DNA from: Antedon mediterranea
Taxonomy: Eukaryota; Animalia; Echinodermata
Length of the DNA stretch: 64,000 nt
Reading direction: 5' to 3'
NCBI RefSeq assembly: GCF_964355755.1
Contig: NC_092672.1
Span: 24,255,237 to 24,319,236 of the forward strand
Shown here: piece after piece, positions 53,101-61,677 of the stretch
Position numbering within the stretch: position 1 is the stretch's first letter
Layout of the letters: the number at the start of each line of letters is the position of its first letter
Made by a program: the position numbers and the translations under genes
The notes under the pieces: generated by a model
The model's input: only the letters and a program-made list of their open reading frames with translations
What the model was told of the DNA's origin: nothing
The model's database searches: none

Positions 53101-53991
53101 AAAAGAAATAGAGAATACAATTTGGGAAGCCTTGAAGGGAAAACCATATTGGGACATGGTGTATCAAGGAGAGCTATTTACAATTGAAAACAGTGTCCCA
53201 TTTGAAAAGAGCGGTGCTTCTAAAATCATTCTCCAAATACAAAAATTTGTCCAGATGATGATTCGCACTTTGCCAATCAAATGGCTGCAAGTAATGCAAG
53301 AAATACAACAGCTAAGAAAAGACAAACTGTATCTACCAACGTCTGAGGTTAGAAATATATTTTTCTTTCTTTCAGCTTGATCTCAATTATATATCTTTAC
53401 AGTTTAGTGTGGGTAAAAATTGTTTGAAAACAATAACCAGTTACATTCGTTTAGACTATTACATTAAAGCCTGTTTTTCTGTCAATGTTAGTTGAAATAC
53501 ATAGTTGATTGTTTAAAACAACTATCATTGTAACCATCATGGTCACTTGCATTTGAAAGTGTATAGGAAACAAGTTGGTTTATAGTTGGTAGAAATTTTT
53601 TCCATGAGGGTATAATGTTAAACTTGCTTTAATTTTCAATGTTAATCGACTGTTTATGTCGAATGTTATCGGTAACAGAATGGTGTAATTTTAGTTAGAC
53701 AACATACCAAAATGTTCACAAATACAAAATGATTTAATAATTTTAATTCTAACTCTTTCATGATCACGAAAAAAGATGTCATTGTGATGTTTATTTGCCT
53801 TCTAGATAAATGATTTACTTGTCCGTTGTAAGATAACCAATAACGAAGTGCTTCTTGAGTACTTACATGACATTGGCGAGATTCTGTTCTACCCAGATGA
53901 CAAGATCCTCAAAGAAATAATTGTTATAGATTTGATGGGAGTAGTTGACAAGTTTAAAACAATCATCACAGTTATTGATCCCAAGCTTCAG
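2013..53991 (+). CDS. ROCO-family protein gene (ankyrin repeats - Death domain - Roc GTPase - COR), partial, 15 exons visible, one apparent frameshift
   Basis: Exons with canonical AG/GT borders and compatible phases: 2013-2111, 36323-36421, 37334-37450, 40614-40706, 41155-41190, 41606-41854, 42353-42518, 42900-43003, 43687(or 43693)-43806, 44204-44317, 51188-51354, 52074-52163, 52609-52767, 53099-53347, 53806-53991. Linking the 2013 exon across a 34.2-kb intron is an inference. Confidence 0.85.
2743..2771 (-). ncRNA. Truncated minimal hammerhead ribozyme motif (Penelope-type terminal relic)
   Basis: Minus strand reads tgatga-a-gggc-tagtgtt-gccc-gaaa-gc-tc; core C3 and the 5' strand of stem I are replaced by a (TA)n tract. 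Confidence 0.55.
2919..2990 (-). pseudogene. tRNA-like sequence (anticodon position TGT, Thr), probably SINE/repeat-borne
   Basis: Minus strand ggctctgtggtctagtggtatgatactcgccctgtaagcgagaggttgcatgttcgaatcccgccagagaca: A/B boxes and ctcgc/gcgag anticodon stem, but mismatched acceptor and T stems. Confidence 0.55.
3071..3371. mobile_element. ~300-bp MITE in a TTAA context (Kolobok/piggyBac-like)
   Basis: aagatgtattgtccccc vs reverse complement of gggggactatacatctt (16/17); TTAA at both junctions. Confidence 0.6.
3441..4290 (-). mobile_element. BEL/Pao LTR retrotransposon 3' relic (pol C-terminus, PPT-like tract and putative 3' LTR)
   Basis: ORF 4002-4319(-) contains FWRRWKKKYLQTL..KW..VGD..IVKDESLP..W..GKV..VY...DGLVRKVKL, typical of the BEL post-integrase (DUF5641-like) region; gggagcca precedes a TG...CA segment at 3728-3441. 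Confidence 0.75.
4300..5760. mobile_element. Heavily decayed CR1-group LINE fragments
   Basis: Plus strand QYCGTKLWN-type ORF2 C-terminus near 4385-4410; minus strand FADD and ILGP remnants near 5275-5390. Confidence 0.4.
7066..11480 (-). mobile_element. Head-to-tail array of three non-autonomous Helitron/Helentron-like units
   Basis: Each unit ends (minus strand) in the hairpin aactcgtcaaagtgacgagtt followed a few nt later by CTAG (CTAG at 7066, 8859, 10016); units 1 and 3 are highly similar over more than 1 kb; subterminal gttatccgc motif. Confidence 0.65.
11485..12350 (+). mobile_element. Related Helentron-type (HINE-like) element, 5' end, with an internal ~305-bp tandem duplication
   Basis: ggttatccgccaagtggataacc hairpin sharing the gttatccgc motif, then a T/C-rich tract; 11563-11850 is repeated at 11867-12150. 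Confidence 0.5.
12500..14942 (+). mobile_element. CR1-group non-LTR retrotransposon, 3'-truncated; ORF2 with 2A-like motif, APE endonuclease and partial RT
   Basis: ORFs 12691-13659, 13613-13831 and 13824-14978: GDIHPNPGP, NARSL, ITESWL, GGGV, VGDFN, SDH, KSPGPD, NYRPISLT, QHGF, DYAKAFD; homology stops at VTSG just before the expected VPQG. Two frameshifts. 5' boundary approximate. Confidence 0.9.
15216..20447. mobile_element. 5.2-kb non-autonomous DNA transposon, CAC...GTG termini, 4-bp TSD (Chapaev-like)
   Basis: Perfect 14-bp TIR cacagctgtttcaa / ttgaaacagctgtg, inverted subterminal aagtca(a/t)gcgccctcaa, AACA duplicated on both flanks; no ORF recognised. Confidence 0.8.
17240..19850. repeat. 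Tandem repeat, ~640-bp unit, ~4 copies
   Basis: gtgatt(g/a)...ttgttaa unit starts near 17240, 17879, 18513 and 19161, with a shared ggaaagctgcttctctgta motif in each. Confidence 0.9.
20600..26370 (-). pseudogene. LINE ORF2 (APE endonuclease and reverse transcriptase), frameshifted and split by the 23405-26301 insertion
   Basis: MNARSLPKHFDEI (26340-26302) joins SIMLDTIG..FSETW; later YRPP, GDFN, TDH, NYRPISIL, DLSKAFD, GVPQGSILGP, FADD, KFLGV. Confidence 0.9.
23405..26301. mobile_element. 2.9-kb non-autonomous DNA transposon with TAGTCCAGTC termini (Academ-like)
   Basis: Perfect TIR tagtccagtccctaagggga / tccccttagggactggacta, TAA duplicated on both sides; removing it restores the LINE endonuclease reading frame. 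Superfamily assignment is an inference. Confidence 0.8.
26484..27297 (-). pseudogene. LINE ORF1 (coiled coil plus L1-ORF1/Transposase_22-like RRM-CTD), one frameshift near 27015
   Basis: EQYSRRNCLVIHGLEE, DIDRSHRLG, KPRGVIVKF, FIHENLT and WTQDG motifs; located upstream of ORF2. Confidence 0.85.
29140..30748 (+). mobile_element. 5'-truncated Rex1/Babar-like LINE (RT and C-terminus, frameshifted)
   Basis: GPDGVSGR, DFRPVALTS, FIDFSSAFN, TGAPQGCCLSP, KYADD, KYLG; AATAAA plus (GATTT)n tail at 30717-30748. Confidence 0.88.
36323..36421 (+). CDS. ROCO gene ankyrin exon (99 nt, phase 0-0)
   Basis: DGNSPLLEAAANGQTACCMTLVDAGSNVNQQNK; ttttag| and |gtaagt borders. Confidence 0.9.
37334..37450 (+). CDS. 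ROCO gene ankyrin exon (117 nt, phase 0-0)
   Basis: NGDNALHIIARSKLTYEEHKNASVFFIKEGRMDICKKNK; aag| and |gttagt borders. Confidence 0.85.
37632..37675 (-). ncRNA. Minimal type I hammerhead ribozyme
   Basis: Minus strand UUCUC-CUGAGGA-C-GAUCAA-aucaua-UUGAUC-GAAA-CG-UC-GAGAA: 5-bp stem I, intact core, 6-bp stem II, palindromic ACGU stem III, GUC cleavage triplet. Confidence 0.8.
39500..39533 (+). mobile_element. Helitron/Helentron-type 3' terminus
   Basis: GC-rich gagcgagcgaagcgagctc hairpin-like motif followed by accctCTAGt. Confidence 0.45.
39772..40448. mobile_element. Foldback/MITE-like element with an internal (TG)n tract
   Basis: aagaagcgatttacacaagtgcggtacgat is imperfectly inverted at 40420-40448. 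Confidence 0.5.
40614..40706 (+). CDS. ROCO gene exon (ankyrin C-cap) containing a 1-nt frameshift and an in-frame TGA at 40701
   Basis: Starts in phase 0 as NGKSASDIYNENVCDKYDGEQK; the downstream exons need a phase-1 end (EILAILS-G), so the exon is one nucleotide short. Confidence 0.7.
41155..41190 (+). CDS. ROCO gene 36-nt micro-exon (phase 1-1)
   Basis: ttag|GTGGACC...CCAG|gtatga; GGPLPYIEMTSP. Confidence 0.65.
41606..41854 (+). CDS. ROCO gene Death-domain exon (249 nt, phase 1-1)
   Basis: DITTKELIYIAHNAFNKRKLIAANLGMTQEDINSFELPDKSIAQRTLDMLNTWAVKVTKKSMRSELVAALRKSEEKDVADKIE matches the death-fold pattern (LA..LG....I, ML..W, L..AL......A..I). Confidence 0.85.
42353..42518 (+). CDS. ROCO gene exon: pre-Roc helix and P-loop (G1)
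   Basis: VPEEILARGPDAVKAFQNALEEGQTEFNQGRTIFVGLENVGKTSTINSLL. Confidence 0.92.
42900..43003 (+). CDS. ROCO gene exon: switch I (G2) region
   Basis: EFNPLHIITDAMVKTTVC...; phase 2 start matches the previous exon. Confidence 0.85.
43687..43806 (+). CDS. ROCO gene exon: insertion within Roc (phase 1-1; alternative acceptor at 43693)
   Basis: LDMYQDAVTDVTVKQMLKSPRHTKGYTPRAGASKQETKS; open frame with compatible phases. Confidence 0.7.
44204..44317 (+). CDS. ROCO gene exon: low-complexity insertion within Roc (phase 1-1)
   Basis: DSRHEEEKNPTGASTSKQEAKFAETSTSSNPMPSLQKE; ttttcag| and |gtaaat borders. Confidence 0.75.
44455..48022 (+). mobile_element. Near-complete L2-clade LINE (single APE-RT ORF, two frameshifts)
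   Basis: ORFs 44833-45603, 45624-46604 and 46586-47950: NTRSV, LSETWL, GGGVA, GDFNIH, SDH, NYRPVSNL, LLDLSAAFDTVDH, GVPQGS, YADDTQIY, LHWLPV; 3' agcgcc...ggcgct stem and (TTA)n tail. Confidence 0.93.
49255..49620 (-). mobile_element. RTE-clade LINE 3' fragment
   Basis: Minus strand KRPVGRPKTTW motif (near 49405-49438) and a short 3' UTR ending in (TGA)n. Confidence 0.7.
49680..50583 (+). mobile_element. Helentron-associated (HINE/DINE-1-like) non-autonomous element with a duplicated 5' module
   Basis: T-run, subTIR agtcgcgtg ... cacgcgact, (GTCG/GTCT)n microsatellite, 3' ggctgttggcc hairpin then T-rich end; 5' module repeated near 50451. Confidence 0.7.
51188..51354 (+). CDS. ROCO gene exon: Roc G3 motif
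   Basis: ...KFVMNILDFGGQPIYHVIQR. Confidence 0.92.
52074..52163 (+). CDS. ROCO gene exon: Roc beta-strand region
   Basis: IFMVSYAVVCVVFNMNEGLNAPAKVRDPTT; phase 0-0. Confidence 0.88.
52217..52498. repeat. Intronic minisatellite, 57-bp unit, 5 copies
   Basis: aatagcagatgcctgatatatgattgttgttaattccacttccatgatagtgttgtt starts at 52271, 52328, 52385 and 52442, plus a slightly truncated first copy. Confidence 0.95.
52609..52767 (+). CDS. ROCO gene exon: Roc G4 motif
   Basis: GKMYEHRMTNLEFILFWIRSVFVNVRKGQNNKILLIGTHYESLGK... Confidence 0.9.
53099..53347 (+). CDS. ROCO gene exon: Roc G5 region and start of COR
   Basis: ...ELFTIENS...TLPIKWLQVMQEIQQLRK... Confidence 0.9.
53806..53991 (+). CDS. ROCO gene exon: COR N-terminal subdomain
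   Basis: LLEYLHDIGEILFYPDDKILKEIIVIDLMGVVDKFKTII matches the COR L.yLH..G.il.f motif. Confidence 0.9.
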
Positions 53992-55466
53992 GTTAGTAAT
54001 ATGCACTATACTTTTTTGAATAATCTGACATAAACACTGTGATTATGTTTTTATGTGATGAATTTAGCTTCAACATGTAATGTCTACCACAAAGAGAACT
54101 TTTTGTCCTGGAGCCTAATATTATCTACTGTCACCATAATGAAAGTTAATGAATTTTAAAATAAAATCAAATTTATTCAAATTTACACCTTGTTTAATTT
54201 TACTACTGTATATTCTAATACTTAAAAGCAAATATGCTTGTGCATTACAGTAGAACCCCTATTAAAGAGGACATCACATAATGTGGACCCAACAAAGTGT
54301 GATCCCTTTAATAGAGGTTAGTCGTAGTTGTATAATTGTTTATTTCAGGAGAAGATATCAACAAATTAGTAATTCTTAGGACTATGGTTTCTGTTTTACA
54401 AACAAATCTTTCTCTCCACCAATAAAATGCCTACTAGTTGCATTTGTGACATTTGACATAATCACCACCTGGTCTATCTTGTTCTGCTTATCTTCTCATC
54501 CGTATCTTGAATCTGAACTGAACTTGATTGTATCTCTTTTATATCCGAGGCACAGTCTGAATGAGATGTGCAACAACAAGTATATAATAAACATTAAAAA
54601 AATTAGACAGAAAAAACTAATTACAAAATATTTACATGATAAACCAAACAAAGTTGAGATCTTCAACTATAAAGCATATGTAGTAAAAAAAATGACTGAA
54701 GTAAACTGAGAAAGATTAAAAACTAAGAAATGTACAAATAGGCCATAAGCAGTAAACCGTATTGTTTCATCTCGTTCTAGTGTTAGGGGTCTAGAATTTC
54801 TTTAAATATTTACAATGTAATTTTATATAATATTTTTTAACAACATATCAAAAGTTGTTCACAATCGTGTGTGTCAATTTTGATAAATTATCAATTGATT
54901 TTGGCACTCTATTTTGATATACATCGGGATGTATCGGCGTGAGTGATTTGGTCCCGCAAAGAAAACATGTTCAAAATTATCCGCAACATCCAAAAATCTG
55001 TACCACATGATTGTATTTCACCAATCATATTATGATTACAGATTGAGGAATCCTCATAACGCACGAAGTGCAGAAGTGTGTAAAAAAGCAACGCATGTAT
55101 TCTTCGCGAGTCAAGAAGTTTGGTTTATTTTGCTATTTTTGGCGAAAAAAGATGATATGCTTGTATGAAAATTGTTTCCTGCTTAACAGGTGTATGATTA
55201 TGGTTTGTTAGAAACACAGTTTAGAGAAAATAAGAGGCCAAAAGATAGCTAGCCTAGGCTCTAGCCAACGTCCTAGAGTAGGCTACTGACTTTCAATATG
55301 GGACTGAGAGGAGTATCAACATACTACTCTAGGCTATAATGCCGAATGTCTAATAACTGCAGTCAAAACGACAATTATAAACAGGTGAGAATAGGCCTAG
55401 ATATAACTCTTCGTAATATAGTGCTTAGGCCCATGTTGAAAAAAGAGTTAATGTTATTTCTAGGCC

Positions 55467-55781
55467 TAGGCTTTAAATATCGAATTTAATATCAAAACAA
55501 TCAATTTGTTTAAAGGTTTTTATTAAAATAATAACGAAACCATAAAGTTACTGCGAACATGATTTTAAACAACAAATGTAAAAACAATGCATTAACTATA
55601 GAGAATTGCTGTACAAACTAAACGCGCACGCATGGACAAGCATAGCCAGAGACATTCCGAAATTGCTATTTTTGTTGTTTAAAATCATGTTCGCAGTAAC
55701 TTTATAATTGTATTATTATTTTAATAAAAAACATTTAAACAAATTGATTGTTTTGATATTAAATTCGATATTTAAAGCCTA
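55467..55781. mobile_element. Palindromic MITE with ~110-bp TIRs
   Basis: taggctttaaatatcgaatttaatatcaaaacaatcaatttgtttaaa...gcgaacatgattttaaacaacaaa is inverted at 55671-55781. Confidence 0.85.
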
Positions 55782-56040
55782 ACTCTTTATATTATTATGG
55801 CTTTGATCTTCCATGTAAACAGCGCCCTCAGGTATTAATTTGACTACTATACGTACCCAAATACGATGAAAGCTGTGCTTTTTTTCGTACAAGTCTGTAC
55901 ATATATTATACTTTTTAGGTCAATAGTTTTTGCCCTTATAATATCGAACATTGGGATTGTTATCTAAAAATGTAATAAAACTGGGTTTAAATGTAATATA
56001 AATATTTTAAATAGCATTAAACTTGGGTACGGGCCAGCCC

Positions 56041-58080
56041 ATTTATTTATTTATTTATTCTTTCTTTTGACTGGATTGCATTTTCAGTAACACAGTACTG
56101 CTTTCCAAAATGGTCCAGTTATAAGTTTAAAAGTAAATAAAAATTATAACATAAATACACAGTAGGCCTAATTTAAAAGATATATACAGAACAGTTAAAA
56201 ACAAATAAAATATAACAAATAAAATATAAAAAAATGTAGGTTCACTTGGATGACATAAGAGTTGCTATATTTTTGAGTTTATAAATATGTTTCCCAGTTA
56301 CTTTTGTTCTAGTTTCAGTTGGTAAAAGATTCCATTCCTTTGTTGCTCTGTATTTGAAGGTTCTTTTACCTTGAGCATTTTTCCAATTTGGTGCAATTAA
56401 TGTTTTACAACTTTGGCTACGGGTGCATTTGGGGTGGAGGGAGTCATTAAACTTAAACATTGAGGATAAATATGATGGTGAATGGCCATTAATGCATTTC
56501 AGGGGTCCCAAGTCTACCGCTACTCGCGGTAGTCTACCGCTTTTAGTACCCATCTACCGCGCTACCGCTATCTCGACGTTTTCTACCGCATTTTGATTTT
56601 TTTACCGCATTTTCAAATTTCCCCATATTTTTGGCCAAATTAATTTACGGTTACACCCAGGCTCAGCCCAGGTCAACAATAGTCAATAAATAACCAGACA
56701 AAAGTGAGGCAGGATGTTGAAACAATGTCTATTCATGCAGTCTCCATGGTCTATTATTGTATTTTTATTTGTATGCACAGTGCCTTTGTTAAACCGTAAC
56801 AATAATATTATAAACATGCACGGTAGCACGGTACTACACGCCGGACGTAGAAAAAAAAAGAAGCGTGCAACCAACCGTGAATCAATCACGTGGTCACCGG
56901 AATACGCGATTATCAATTTTGGGAGGATCCAAGTTTTAACTAAATAAACGCTTTGATTACACAGTGGTTGAGACACGTTTTTAATAGTTATTACATTTTT
57001 AAACACCCTCATAATTAATGGACTCTACCAATGTTGATCCGCTGCAAAAAGAACAACAGATCGCACATCGCACGAGGTTGTTGAGGCGGTGTTTCATTTG
57101 GTTTTACTGTACGATCCGATAATACGAACATGTTAAAATGATTTAAAAGGCATGGATTCGCCAAGCAAGTAGGCCTAGGTTTAAAAACAATTTACCTAAG
57201 ATTGTCGTAAGCTCTTTTGTTCAAACTTGTTATTTATATAGCAAAAATCCACCCGTTCCGGCATACACGCTAGGCCTCTATTCTAGCCTAGCTAGGCCTA
57301 TTCCTCGGACCTCGATCGATGTGGATGGTGGGGAATTTCCTAGCGATAAGAAATCGGCGAAATACCTCAAAAACGGCCTACATTTTAATGTTATATCTTT
57401 AATGCCAGTGTAATTAGTATGGATAAAACAATATAAAACTCAATGTTTTTCATCTGAAATAATATGTTAACTCGCGTAATGTAGCATAAGATGGATTCGG
57501 AATAGTTATTTCTTTTTATTATAATAATTAATATAATTTTTTTTTTTTGGGTTTTAAAATGGTAGCTGGCTAGGGCCTAGTAGAAGCCCTAGGCTAGGCC
57601 TGTGCCTAAAAAAAAAGAGTAAATTCTATTGGGCAATACTATCATGTGTTTATTGTACATTATATAATTAAGTTAAATTATTTTATATACTGAATTTTAG
57701 TTAAAATACAGTATAGGCCTATATTTTTAAAATTCTTTGTACTGAGGATGTGTCCATAAAAAAAAATAAAATGTAAAAATACTGATGGATAAACCTATGT
57801 AAAAATTAAGCCAACTTATGTGTAAATATTGTATATACTGTATATTATTATGCAACATATTTAGTTAATTAATTAAGAGACGTAAACGACACGCGTGTTG
57901 ATTTTCGATTCCCCGCGCGTTGACTTTCGACGCCCCGACAAATTGAATGTGGTTCACGACAAAATCTCCTGCGATCGAATGGACTTTCCCAAGTTGGGAC
58001 CTCTGGCATTTGAAAGTTGTAAGTAGTAGATGTTCCCTCCATCTTTCATTTAGTGTAACCCAATTAAGTGTTTTAAAAAT
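56041..58080 (-). mobile_element. 5'-truncated CR1/L2-group LINE 3' end, split by a DNA transposon
   Basis: TLNWVTLNERWREHLLLTTFKC (58075-58006) continues as INGHSPSYLSS...GKRTFKYRATKEWNLLP once 56500-58005 is removed; (TAAA)n tail at 56041-56058. Confidence 0.8.
56500..58005. mobile_element. 1.5-kb non-autonomous hAT-like element with a 6-bp TSD
   Basis: TIR caggggtcccaa vs cagaggtcccaa (11/12), GCATTT duplicated on both flanks, subterminal ctaccgc repeats. Confidence 0.75.
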
Positions 58081-58590
58081 GATGGGTATGAGCCAGCCAA
58101 TGATGGGTACAGGTGAGCCAAAATTAAGCTAAACCAGGCTACATTTGGGTGGCATGGTCTGAGTCCTTGGTACTGTACAGTATCTAGGGCCTATATATGT
58201 GTACCACACTATTTTTACTCGGGTTACCCGAGTCTAGGACTTACTCATTTTCTCCTCTTCCTCCATCTGGACACTATTGAGTAAAAAGTGCGATTTTTAA
58301 AGTACTACTCCTCCTTTATTCGTTGTAATATTGAGCTAGGATTTGGCATGAATATACTACAGGGACATGTCCTCAAATCTATAGAGCCATATTTTTTAAT
58401 TTCAAACCGATGCAGCCATATCACGTCTCAAAGATGGTACCGTATAGCCGTATTTGGTCATATGATGTAATTACAGCTTCTTTTGCTGCACCCCGAGTAT
58501 CGCACATTTGTGCTTGTTCAATTCAATTTAATTGTTTAATTAAGAAGCCACAATGTGTGAAACACACCACAGCGTTATGTAGTTATATGC

Positions 58591-58663
58591 GGCTTCTTGG
58601 CGTAGTGGTTATCACGTCTGCTTAACGCGCAGAAGGTTCCCGGTTCGAGCCCGGGCGAAACCT
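58591..58663 (+). tRNA. tRNA-Val(AAC), degenerate (likely pseudogene)
   Basis: 73 nt; anticodon arm tctgc-ttAACgc-gcaga, T-arm cccgg-ttcgagc-ccggg; two acceptor-stem mismatches. Confidence 0.7.
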
Positions 58664-58816
58664 TATTTTCATTATTTTGTAAAATATTTATTTTATGTAA
58701 TCGGTAATTATCACTTTTACACATGTTTATCTTGCTTTGTGCTTATTACCATAATAATTTATTTGTAATTTAAATGGATTAAAAAACTTTGTGTAACCCA
58801 CATTTTTGGTGTAAGA

Positions 58817-58889
58817 GGTTTCGTAGTGTAGTGGTTATCAAGTCTGCTTAACACGCAGAAGGTCACTGGTTCGAGCCCTGGTGAGACCA
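58817..58889 (+). tRNA. tRNA-Val(AAC), degenerate (likely pseudogene)
   Basis: 73 nt ggtttcgtagtgtagtggttatca...tctgc-ttAACac-gcaga...ggttcgagcc...gagacca followed by a T-run; D- and T-stem mismatches. Confidence 0.7.
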
Positions 58890-59288
58890 TTTTTCTTAAA
58901 CTTTATGGTGAATTGGCATGAATATACTACAGGGACATGTCCTCAAAGCTACAGAGCCGGATTTTTAAATTTTAAACCGGAGGCAGCTATATCACGTCTC
59001 GTAGATGGGACCATATAGCCGTATTTGATGTGTATGTGACGTTACATCCGGTCTTATGACGTCATTACAGCTTCTTTGCTGTACCCCGAGTATCGCACAT
59101 TTGTGCTTGTTCAATTCAATTTCAATAAGCTTTTATTATTTCACAACAAGAAAAAGCTATAGCTTTTAGTATTAAAAAGTAGATGAACATACGAAATATA
59201 ACACAATTCAGACTATTTTTTTTCTTAGAAATTAATACTTAAATTATGCAATTATGGATGCCCAGGACGTATATGTAATCGATCTCGT

Positions 59289-60475
59289 TACTTGGAAAAA
59301 AGAATTTTGCCAAGTATAGTATTCACTTTGTTTGTTTGTATGTATGTTTGTTTGTTTGTTTGTTAGCACGATAGCGCCTACAGTTTTCAAATTCACCCGT
59401 TTGGTTTTGGCGTTGCTGTTCTATATTGTTATTCAAATTAAACTATTGTTAGTTGATAATTAGTTTTTTTTAGTACAAGCGTGTGTCCTTCGTTATTTCA
59501 TTCCGTACATAGTTATATACTTACAGAACATGCCTATTGATTTTCAGGAAAATACATATATTGGCCACAAAAAAAACTTATCTTCCGTACGATATATTAA
59601 ATAGCACGCGTTCTGTCTTCTTTTAACATGGACATATTCTTCGATATGGACCAAAATGTTAGTCGATTGGTCAAGCGGTTAAGCTTACTACATGGGTTAA
59701 GACAGAGACGCCGCAAATCAAGACACTCCTCGACCATTATTCTGGTCAATCTTGATTTTAGAAAGGTCATTGTTGCAATGCCGGAATTGTTTGTATTAAA
59801 AATGATTTAAACAAATTATACCTTATCAGTATTTTAACCATGTAAAGCTAATACCTAAAGCAAAAATTGTATCTTTCAACATGCTCCCAGTCAGTGGATA
59901 TATTTTGCCAAGTAGGCCTACTTCACTCAGTTTCTGAGTGCTTTCATTTGTTTGTTTGTTTGTTAGCACGATAGCGCCTACAGTTTTCAAGTTATCGTTC
60001 TGAATTTTTGGGTGTAGATAGGTATATACTTTCAGACCATGCCTATTGAAAATCAACAAAATTGGTTTATTAATAACTTCACAAAATAACAAAAATGATA
60101 TTATTTTCAGACCGGCTAGTGTTAAAAGATAGGAGACAAATTTCAAAAGCCGGTGAGCAGTTTTAAAATAACAAGTGTACTGAAATTGCATTTTCTCGAG
60201 AACTACGTGTCCAAAAAACATCATTTTTGTACAAGAAGCAAGAGTTATAAATTGTGATTTGTAATTTTTAAAACATAATTTGATTTAATGTACAGGTTTA
60301 TTGATACGAGTAGTTTTAAAAAACCTATTTCTTTTCAAATTCACCCGTTTGTTTTTCGCGTTGGTTGGTCATGTCTCAAAAGCTTATCTTCCGTACGATA
60401 TATTAAATAGCACGCGTTCTGTCTTTTTTAACATGGACATATTCTTTGATATGAACCAAAATATTAGTCGTCTGG
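59289..60475 (+). repeat. Duplicated (GTTT)n-containing HINE-like repeat
   Basis: gtttgtttgttagcacgatagcgcctacagttttcaa near 59354 and 59954; cttatcttccgtacgatatattaaatagcacgcg near 59577 and 60383. Confidence 0.55.
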
Positions 60476-60804
60476 TAAAGCAGAAATGTCACTAAAACAT
60501 TAATAAAATCCATATAAAGTAATACACTAATAAAAACGGCTCATCCATAGCGTTACTTTTAAGATTTCGCCGTTATCACGAAAAAGCAAATTTAAAATAG
60601 CCACTTGAGCAATTCAATTACTTCCGGTTCGTATGCAGAAATATTTCCGTGACGTCATCTCGGGTGCTTCGCTTGGTTAGTTACACACACGAGTTGTTGG
60701 ACACTGTATTTCTCTATTGTATTTCGCATTCTTTTGTTCACGTAATCAATCTCTTGAGGCACTTTTGTTAAAGTTAACTTTTGTTGGTGTTAAATCAAAA
60801 CACA

Positions 60805-61185
60805 ATGCCGTATTGTGCAGCATTTAATTGTACCAATACAACAAGTGGAGGATAAAATCGCGACCGGAATATAGGATTTTTTTCCTTCCCATTTTTTTCT
60901 TCGGGTCTGAGAAAGGCATGGATCCACGCCGTCAGACGAAAACATTTCCAGCCTAGCAAATTCGCAACGATATGTTCGGAGCACTTCTTGGAAGAAGACT
61001 TTGCGAAATTTTTCCCACCTAAACTTCGTGAAATGGGATTCAAAGAAAAAGTAAATTTGAAATTGAAAGACGGGGCAATACCTTCGAAGGTTACATTGCC
61101 TTCAGAAAGCACCGCCACCGAGAAGATCCCAGGCCCAGCTGCTAGTCGTAGTAGAGGCGCCTTTCAAAAACGTAGGCGAAGAGAA
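60805..61185 (+). pseudogene. THAP zinc-finger exon with an in-frame stop
   Basis: MPYCAAFNCTN...(TAA at 60853)...FFSFP....RKAWIHAVRR..FQPS..ATICSEHF.EEDF...LKLKDGAIPS: full C2CH THAP signature with AVP-like box; ends in KRRRRE|gtaagt. Confidence 0.88.
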
Positions 61186-61677
61186 GTAAGTGTTGTTTTT
61201 ACTTTTTCATTATTGCACTAACTAGGCTTACCACCACCGCCGAATTTACCTGCCTGGATCGACAGGACAGGCCCCCCTATGTCTAACCTCCACAAATTCT
61301 CATTTTAATGATAATAATAATATGCCTTGTCAGTTTGGATTATAATATAAATGATGTGAATGAGAGGATGGTGTGTGCTGATCAGATAATGCAACAATTT
61401 TAAGTAGGCCTAGGCCTATATTATTATTTTATTTATTATATGTCAAACAACAATATGTTTTATAAAATAGCTTATGTACTTACAATAAAAAATAATTCAG
61501 GAAGGTTTATTTTTTTTTATTGCCAATTCGGTTCATTCAGTAGTTAATTTATTCATGTTTGATATTATTTTTTCATAATAATAGTAATACAAGTTACTTT
61601 TACTTCTACAGAACTAAAGTGGTTTATTGAAAATAATATGTCCAGTGTAAATCATTTCTTGTATATTTTTTTAATAG

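Larger units (their letters stand above)
58211..59125 (+). mobile_element. HINE-like repeat with a duplicated 3' module enclosing two tRNA-Val copies
   Basis: tttttactcgggttacccgagt 5' hairpin; ccccgagtatcgcacatttgtgcttgttc 3' module near 58491 and 59084; 58343-58530 is similar to 58913-59122. Confidence 0.55.

Noticed and set aside
2013-53991. Assigning DAPK1, LRRK1/2 or MFHAS1 as gene symbol
   Set aside because: No kinase or LRR exons seen, and the Death domain precedes Roc; the architecture matches none of them.
53992-60400. Further COR or C-terminal exons of the ROCO gene
   Set aside because: No open, phase-0 exon with COR-like sequence was recognised; the candidate acceptor near 54348 hits a stop within a few codons.
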